This document shows, piece after piece, positions 51,733 to 64,000 of a stretch of DNA of 64,000 bases (the first letter of the stretch is position 1; each line of letters opens with the position of its first letter). A model generated the notes under the pieces. That model searched no databases, had not been told where the DNA came from, and worked only from the letters and a program-made list of their open reading frames with translations. The stretch lies in assembly GCF_009914755.1 (NCBI RefSeq), contig NC_060925.1. One strand, written 5' to 3'. Source of the stretch: the human T2T-CHM13v2.0 reference genome, Homo sapiens. A program made the translations under genes and the position numbers.

Positions 51733-54700
51733 GCAATAAATGGAACATAATAACATATATGGTGGATATTATTCTAACTATATATATAATTGCCTTAAAT
51801 ATGAATGATTTAAATACACTCATTAAAGACAGGTTGTCAGAGTGGATCAAAAAAAAACCAAGGCTCAATTACATGTTGTCTACAAGAGACACACTTTAAA
51901 TATAAAAACACATACAAAGTAAAAGGAAGGGTATAAAGGTATAACATTCTAAAACTAATAAAAAGAAAACAGGAGTAGCTAAATTAATTTCACACAGTGC
52001 AAACTTTGGAGCAGGGAAAATTATTAGAGATAAAGTGAGGCATTACATGATAATAAGGGTAAAAAGGTCAGTGCACCAAAAAGACATAAATCTTTAATGC
52101 ATATGCACCTAACAAAATACATGAAGCAAAATCTAATAGATATGGAAGGAAAAATAGATGAATCCACTATTACATTTAAATGGTAAACACCATTCTAACA
52201 GAAATGAAAATATACAGCAGGCAGAAATTAGTAAGGACAAAGTTGAACTAAAAACACTATTAATCAAAAAAGATAATTTTCATATATATACTCCTATAAC
52301 CAATAACAGCAGATTACTTATCGTTCTAAAGTTCACATGGACATTCCTCAAGATATACTACATTCATGGCCAAAAAGAAAACTCTTAAAAATTTGAACAA
52401 ATATACATAATCCAATAACTGCTCTCAAACCGTAACAGAAAGATAACTGGGAAATCCCAAAATAATTGGAAATGTAAAAACATACTTCTAACTAATACAT
52501 GGATTGAAGACAAAATCTCAGGAATAATTTAAAAATATTATAAACAAAATAAAAATCAAAATATAACTTTTCTTTGAGGGAAATCTATAGCATTGAATGA
52601 ATATATTAGAAAAGAGGAAAGATCTAAAATCAACTGTCTAAGCTTCTATCCTAAGAATCTAAACAAAAAAGAGGAAAATAAATCTGAAATAAACAGAACA
52701 AAAGAAAATTAAATTACACCAGAAGTAATAAAACAGACAGCAGAAAGTCACCATAGAATTAGCATCCAAACCAAAACCTGATTCTTTCAGAATGTTAATA
52801 AAATTTATAAGCCTCTAGCTAAGCCAACTAAGTAAGAGATAAGTTACAAATTATTATTGGCAGGAAAAAGAGGAGATATCACCACAGATCCCATGGACAT
52901 TAAAAGGATGATAAAAGAATATTATGAAAAACTCTGTGCCCACAAATTTGATAAATTAGATGAAATAAGTCAATTCCTTGGTAGATCCAATCTGTAAAAA
53001 CTCATAAATAAAGAATTAGAAAATCTGAAAAGGTCCAATAAGAAGATTGAATCAAAAATTAATAAACTTTCTAAAGAGAAAGCATCAGAACAAGATGGGT
53101 TCACTGTTGAAGTCTATCAAACATTTAAGGAAAAAGATATACCAATTCTCTGCAACCTTTTTCAGAATATAGAAGCGAAAGGAATATTACTAACTGATCT
53201 TATGAGGTCACATCACCCTAATATCAAAACCAGGTGAAAACATTAAAAGAAAATAATACTACAGACCAACATCTCTCATGAACATAAATGCAAAAATCCT
53301 TAACAAAATATTATCAAATTGAATCCCAAGGTATATAAAATAAGTAAATGCCATAGTCAAGTGGAATTTATCCCAGGTATGCCAGGCTGTTTCAATATTT
53401 GAAAATAAATTAGTATCACCATCAACAAGCTAAAGAAAAAATAAATAAATTATCATATCATAGATGCAGGAAAGCATTTGACAAAATACAGCATTCATTC
53501 ATGATTTTAAAACATGTTCTGAAAACTAGGAACAGAAGGACATTTTCTCAAACTGATCAGAAAGAAGGCAAGGATGTCCTCTGTTAATATTGCATTTCTA
53601 CATCATACTGGGAGTCCTAGTTGATGCAGTAAGACAAGAAAAGGAAATAAAATGTATTCAGATGGGGAAGAGAAAAATTAAACTTTTCCACAGATTACAT
53701 AATTGTCTAGGTAAAAAATCCAAAATAATTGACAAAAAAATTGGAAATAATAAATGATTGTTACAAGGTTGTGTATACAAGGTATATAAAACATCAATCA
53801 TTTTCTTAAGAAGAATTTGAAATTTATCACTCAACACTATTTACATGAGCACTCAAAAAAGAAATACATATGTATAAATGTAACAAAATAAATATAAGAT
53901 CTATATGAAGAAAACTACAAAACTCTGATGAAGGATATCGAACAACTTTAAAAATAAAAATATTCTATGTTCATGGATAGAATGACTCAATACTGTCAAG
54001 ATGTCAGTTCTCCTCAACTTGATCTATAGATTCAATACACTCACAATTAATTTCCCAGCATGTTATTTTGTGGATCTTTCCAAACATATTCCAAATTCAT
54101 AAGAAGAAAAACATCCAGAATAGTCAATTAACTCAATATTAAAGGTAAAGAACAAAGACAGAGAACTGACATTATCTGACTTTAAGACTTAATATAATAT
54201 TACAATAATGAATACAACGTAGTATTGGTGGAAGAACTGATAAGTAGATCAATGGAATAGAATAAAGATCCTAGAAAAAGATCCATATAAATATACTAAA
54301 CTGATCTTTGACAAAAGGAGCAAATGAAATACAATGGAGCAATGATAATCTTTTCAACTAATAGTGCTGGAACAACTGGACAGCCACATGCAAAAAAATA
54401 TCTAAATACAAACCTTAAATTGTTCAGAAAAATTAAGTCATAATGGTTCATAAATGTAAAACACAAAACCATGAAACTCCTAGAAGACAATATAGGAGAA
54501 AACCTAAATAACCTTGGGTATGGTGATGACTCTTCAGACACAACACCAAAGATATATTCCATGAAAGAATTTATTGATAATCTAGGCTTTATTAAAATTT
54601 AAAACTTCTATTCTGAAAAGACAATATCAAGAGAATCAGAAAATACACCACACAGCAGGTGCATGTGTTTGCAAAAGACATACCTGATAAAGGACTGTTA

Positions 54701-55282
54701 TCCAAAACATACAAAAAGTTCAATATTCAACAATAAAAAAGCTAACAATCTGACTTAAAAATGCACAAATATGTTGAACACCTCAACAAGGAAGATATAC
54801 AGATGGAAAGTAAGCCTATGAAAATATGTTCAACATCATATGTCATTAGAGAATTGCAAATTAAAACAACAATGAGAAACCACAACATACCAAAAGAAAA
54901 TAGGGCTGTTTTGGGGCAAATTCAAAACAGTGATGACAAAAACTCCTGGAAAAGCTGTGAAGCAAAACAAACTCTCGTTCCTTGCTGGCGGGAATCCAAA
55001 AGGGTTTATTTAGCAAGACAGTTTGGCAGTTTCTCATAAAACAAAGCATATTCATACAACAATCACACTTCTTGGTATTTATCCAAATGATTTGAAAATT
55101 TATGCCTACATGAAAACTGCACATAATTATCTAGTAGCTTTATTCATAGTTTCCAAAATTTAGAAGCAACCAAGATGTCTTTTAGTAGGTAAACTGATAA
55201 ATATGTACCACATCCGGCTAGTAGAATGTTATTCAGCAGTAAGAAGAAATGAGCCTACCAGTCATGAAAATACATAGAAGAG

Positions 55283-55593
55283 GGCCAGGCGCGGTGGCTC
55301 ATGCCTGTAATCCCAGCACTTTGGGGGCTGAGGCGGGTGGATCACGAGGTCAGGAGATCAAGACCATCGTGGCTAACACGGTGAAAACCTGTCTTTACTA
55401 AAAACACAAAAAAAATTAGCCAGGCGTGGTGGTGGGTGCCTGTAGTCCCAGCTATTTGGGAGGCTGAGGCAGGAGAATGGTGTGAACCCGGGAGGCGGAG
55501 CTTGCAGTGAGCCTAGGTTGCGCCACTGCACTCAGCCTGGGAGACAGAGCCAGACTCCATCTCAAAAAAAAAAGAAAAAAAAAAAAAAAAGAG
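55283..55593 (+). mobile_element. AluY with 13-bp TSD
   Basis: GGATCACGAGGTCAGGAGATC; TSD AATACATAGAAGA at 55269-55281 and 55594-55606. Confidence 0.95.
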
Positions 55594-56117
55594 AATACAT
55601 AGAAGAACCTTAAATGCATATTACTTGGCGAAAGGGGCTAATCTGAAAAGGCTGCATACTGTATGACTGCAACTAATACATCCTGGAAAAGTCAAAATTA
55701 TAGAGGCAGTAAAAAAAAAAAAAATCGCAACTTCCAGGGGTTAATCAGGGAGAGAAGGATGAATAGGTAGAGAAAGGAAGATTAGGTAGAGAAAGAAAGA
55801 TTTTTAGTGCAGTAAAATTATTCTTTTAGGTACTAATATGGTGAGTACATGTCATTACATATTTGTCTACACTCTTAGAATGTACAACACCAAGAGTGAA
55901 CATGTAAACTATAGACTTTGGGTGATAATGATGAGTCAATGTAGTTTCATCTGTTGTAATAAATTCCTACTCTCATATGGGATATTGATAATAGGGAAGG
56001 TTATATGTTGGGGTGGGGCAAATAGTATATGGGAACTCCCCGTCCTTTCTGCTCAACTTTGCTGTGAACCTACACCTACTCTAAAATAAAGATTGTTTAT
56101 TAACAACAACAGCAATT

Positions 56118-61615
<5,498 letters not shown>

Positions 61616-62353
61616 AAAAAATCACAAGGACCAAGAACTAAATGCATCTAGACTGGGTAAAGTGGATAAATGGAAAGGTTATCTCCATCTTATAACATTG
61701 TTCTATAGGAAAACCATGTCTACTAAAATTCAACTTTTAAGTGTGTATATTGGATAATATATGCATTAAAAAGATATATGGACACCATAAAGCAATAATC
61801 AAGCTCTTAATGGCTTTTGAGATGGCTTTAGTATTGGCCATCTCAAACGCCATCTCAAAAAAGTTTGCTAATCTTACTTTTTTCAGGCCTTGTACAGTTA
61901 TCAAATAGCATAGTTGTTATAAATTATTATTCATTGATTTCTCCACAGAAAATTGAATTCAAAATATTTTCTGAGGAGTTTAAAAAAATGCAAAATGTCC
62001 ATCACAAAGCTTTTCTACTCAAATAGCCATCATATGTCATATTCTACTCATTGCTTCCACGAAATAAATAATCTCCCCAAAGATGGCTATTTGTTAAAAA
62101 ATATGAAAGACCTGCAATAATCTGTTTTGATTATTTTAAAAAAATTAGGAAACAGAAATAATGATGTTTTGAAAACTTGAGCAATGGCTATAACTTGCTA
62201 TTTAATAAGGAAATTTTCCTGTTTAAAAGACTCCAAAAATAATTGTATTGACAATAAATACAAGCAATACAACTTTTCTAATTTAGATTTCCTCACATCT
62301 TTGAATCTTATTTAGCAGGAAAAAAAAATCAAGGCTGTTGATTTGTGTTGGTA

Positions 62354-62384
<31 letters not shown>

Positions 62385-62829
62385 GCCTGCATGGAAATAT
62401 TCATTCAATCAGACCACACTCCATTTATTAAGGTCTGTACTCAGGTGTTACCTCTGTCTAGAGGGGACAAATGTATCTAATCTCTACAAGGTAATTTGTA
62501 AAATTGCAGTAGCCCAGAAAAGAAGTACTTCATTTAGAACACAGACAGACGGACCCATGAGGACTTTTAGCAGACAGACAGAGGGACCCACGAGGACTTC
62601 TGACTGACAGATGGGTCACTGTTAGTTGCCCATATCAAAAGTACTTGAAATGTCATGGTTGTAAAATCATAAGAAAAAGAAGTAATAATAATGTTTGTAA
62701 AACTACACATTAATGGATAATTAAGTTAACAACATACAACCACATTTATATTACATATGTGTTTGTATATATATATATATATATTTATACTAGTATCTTA
62801 AAGACTGTACATACATCAGCTCATTTTTT

Positions 62830-62990
62830 TTCTATAAATCCTTATGAGGAAGATTCTGTTATATTTCCCATTTGAAACTGATATAGAGTAATTATATAGA
62901 GAAGGTTGAATATTAAGCTATATGCTGGGATTCAAAATCGGATTTTTGTCATCCCCAAATCAATTCATATACTCACTCTGCTATGCTGAA
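62830..62990 (-). mobile_element. MIR remnant
   Basis: ATCCTTATGAGGA...TTTCCCATTTG...GCTGGGATTCAAA. Confidence 0.5.
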
Positions 62991-64000
62991 ATTATAAAAT
63001 CTGAATTATGAGTCTATATGCTCTTCTTGTGGTGAGCATATGATGAGCATAATATGTAAACTATAATTGTTCCAACTTTAAAATCATCTTCAGTTTTGCA
63101 TTTAGCTGTATAAAGTTGAATTCTAAAAAGTCATTAGATTGAAATTCAAATATGACCATGTTTAATATTTTTACCATAGTAGTACCATTCTATTAATGTA
63201 GGGCAGTGTATACATGAAATTACATATACCAAACAAATCTGCAACTAAATCTGACTTATGCTATGCCTGAAAAAGTGACATTTCTAGTTTTCAGACTAAT
63301 GAATCACTGGTATTATCATATTATCTTCATCATCACAACTATTTATAAAACACTAACATAATATATAGACAGTACAATTTCTATCTCCTGTCATTTTCAG
63401 TTTAAATTCTATGTGTTTACTTGCAAAGATTCATAAGTATATAGGTATTATAATATAAACCAAAAATAAAAGGAAAAACATACTCGAATAAGTTTTTAAG
63501 AAAAGAGATATTAACATCAGGTAGAATGAACTAATTTTACAAAATGGTGGAAATTTCTAAATTTGGACTAAACATCCATATATTTGAATTACTTATTTTC
63601 TTCATGCACTATTTTCAAGTGGAAAGAGACCAAATTGTTTTTGAAATTTCATATATACATACAATAATATAATTTAGAAAGTAAGACCTGAATCTTATAT
63701 CTGATGGCTGTTTGAGTATATGAATTAGATAAATACTAAATTTCATCCAATTCAAAGATTCCTACTCTACAGACTTCTAAATATTTTATTAAGTAAAAAT
63801 TGTTTCCCCTTTAACTGGTCAAAGATTGTAAAAGATAAACTGAGAGAGTAAGTTCTTTATTCATTAACATTTTAAAAACTAACTACACTTAATAGTAAAT
63901 AAATGTTTTATTTAAAACTTCATAGGGTTTCATGAAACTCTAGGATGCGAAGTAGCTTAATAAACTTATTTTTCACTACTCACTGTCATATTCACTAAGG

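Larger units (their letters stand above)
46780..56095 (+). mobile_element. Old, near full-length L1M (L1MC-like 3' end), interrupted by Tigger1 and two Alus; the leftmost part may belong to a second L1
   Basis: Decayed ORF1 region at about 50400-51240, ORF2 region at about 51780-55260 (ELQIKTTMR), and 3' UTR ending CTTTGCTGTGAACCTACACCTACTCTAAAATAAA. Confidence 0.8.

Noticed and set aside
62338-62607. 89-aa ORF with repeated RQTEGP motif
   Set aside because: Produced by the poly-T run and the local tandem duplication; non-ATG start and no other coding evidence.

Overview
Human (primate) genomic DNA, AT-rich, lying entirely inside COL11A1 (collagen alpha-1(XI)) on the minus strand. Eleven coding exons were read directly with GT-AG boundaries: exon 5, alternative exons 6A and 6B, and exons 7-14. 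They encode the end of the TSPN/PARP N-propeptide, the alternatively spliced variable region, the minor helix, the N-telopeptide and the start of the major triple helix. All are phase 0 with lengths divisible by 3. Positions 22171-64000 are one large intron (intron 4; exon 4 is not in the window) filled with repeats: a full-length L1PA4-type LINE-1 in the gene's sense orientation, a Tigger1 nested in old L1M elements, plus Alus, MLT1, MER30, L2 and MIR. I found no new gene or system. The best leads are: (i) an ATG in the full-length L1 5' end that is in frame with exon 5 through two L1 splice donors; (ii) an in-frame, Lys-rich read-through of exon 6B to a stop followed by a poly(A) signal; (iii) a perfect 46-bp L1 hairpin from a twin-priming-like insertion in intron 9. 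All three are sequence-level hypotheses. Repeat subfamily calls come from remembered consensus sequences, and old-repeat boundaries are approximate.
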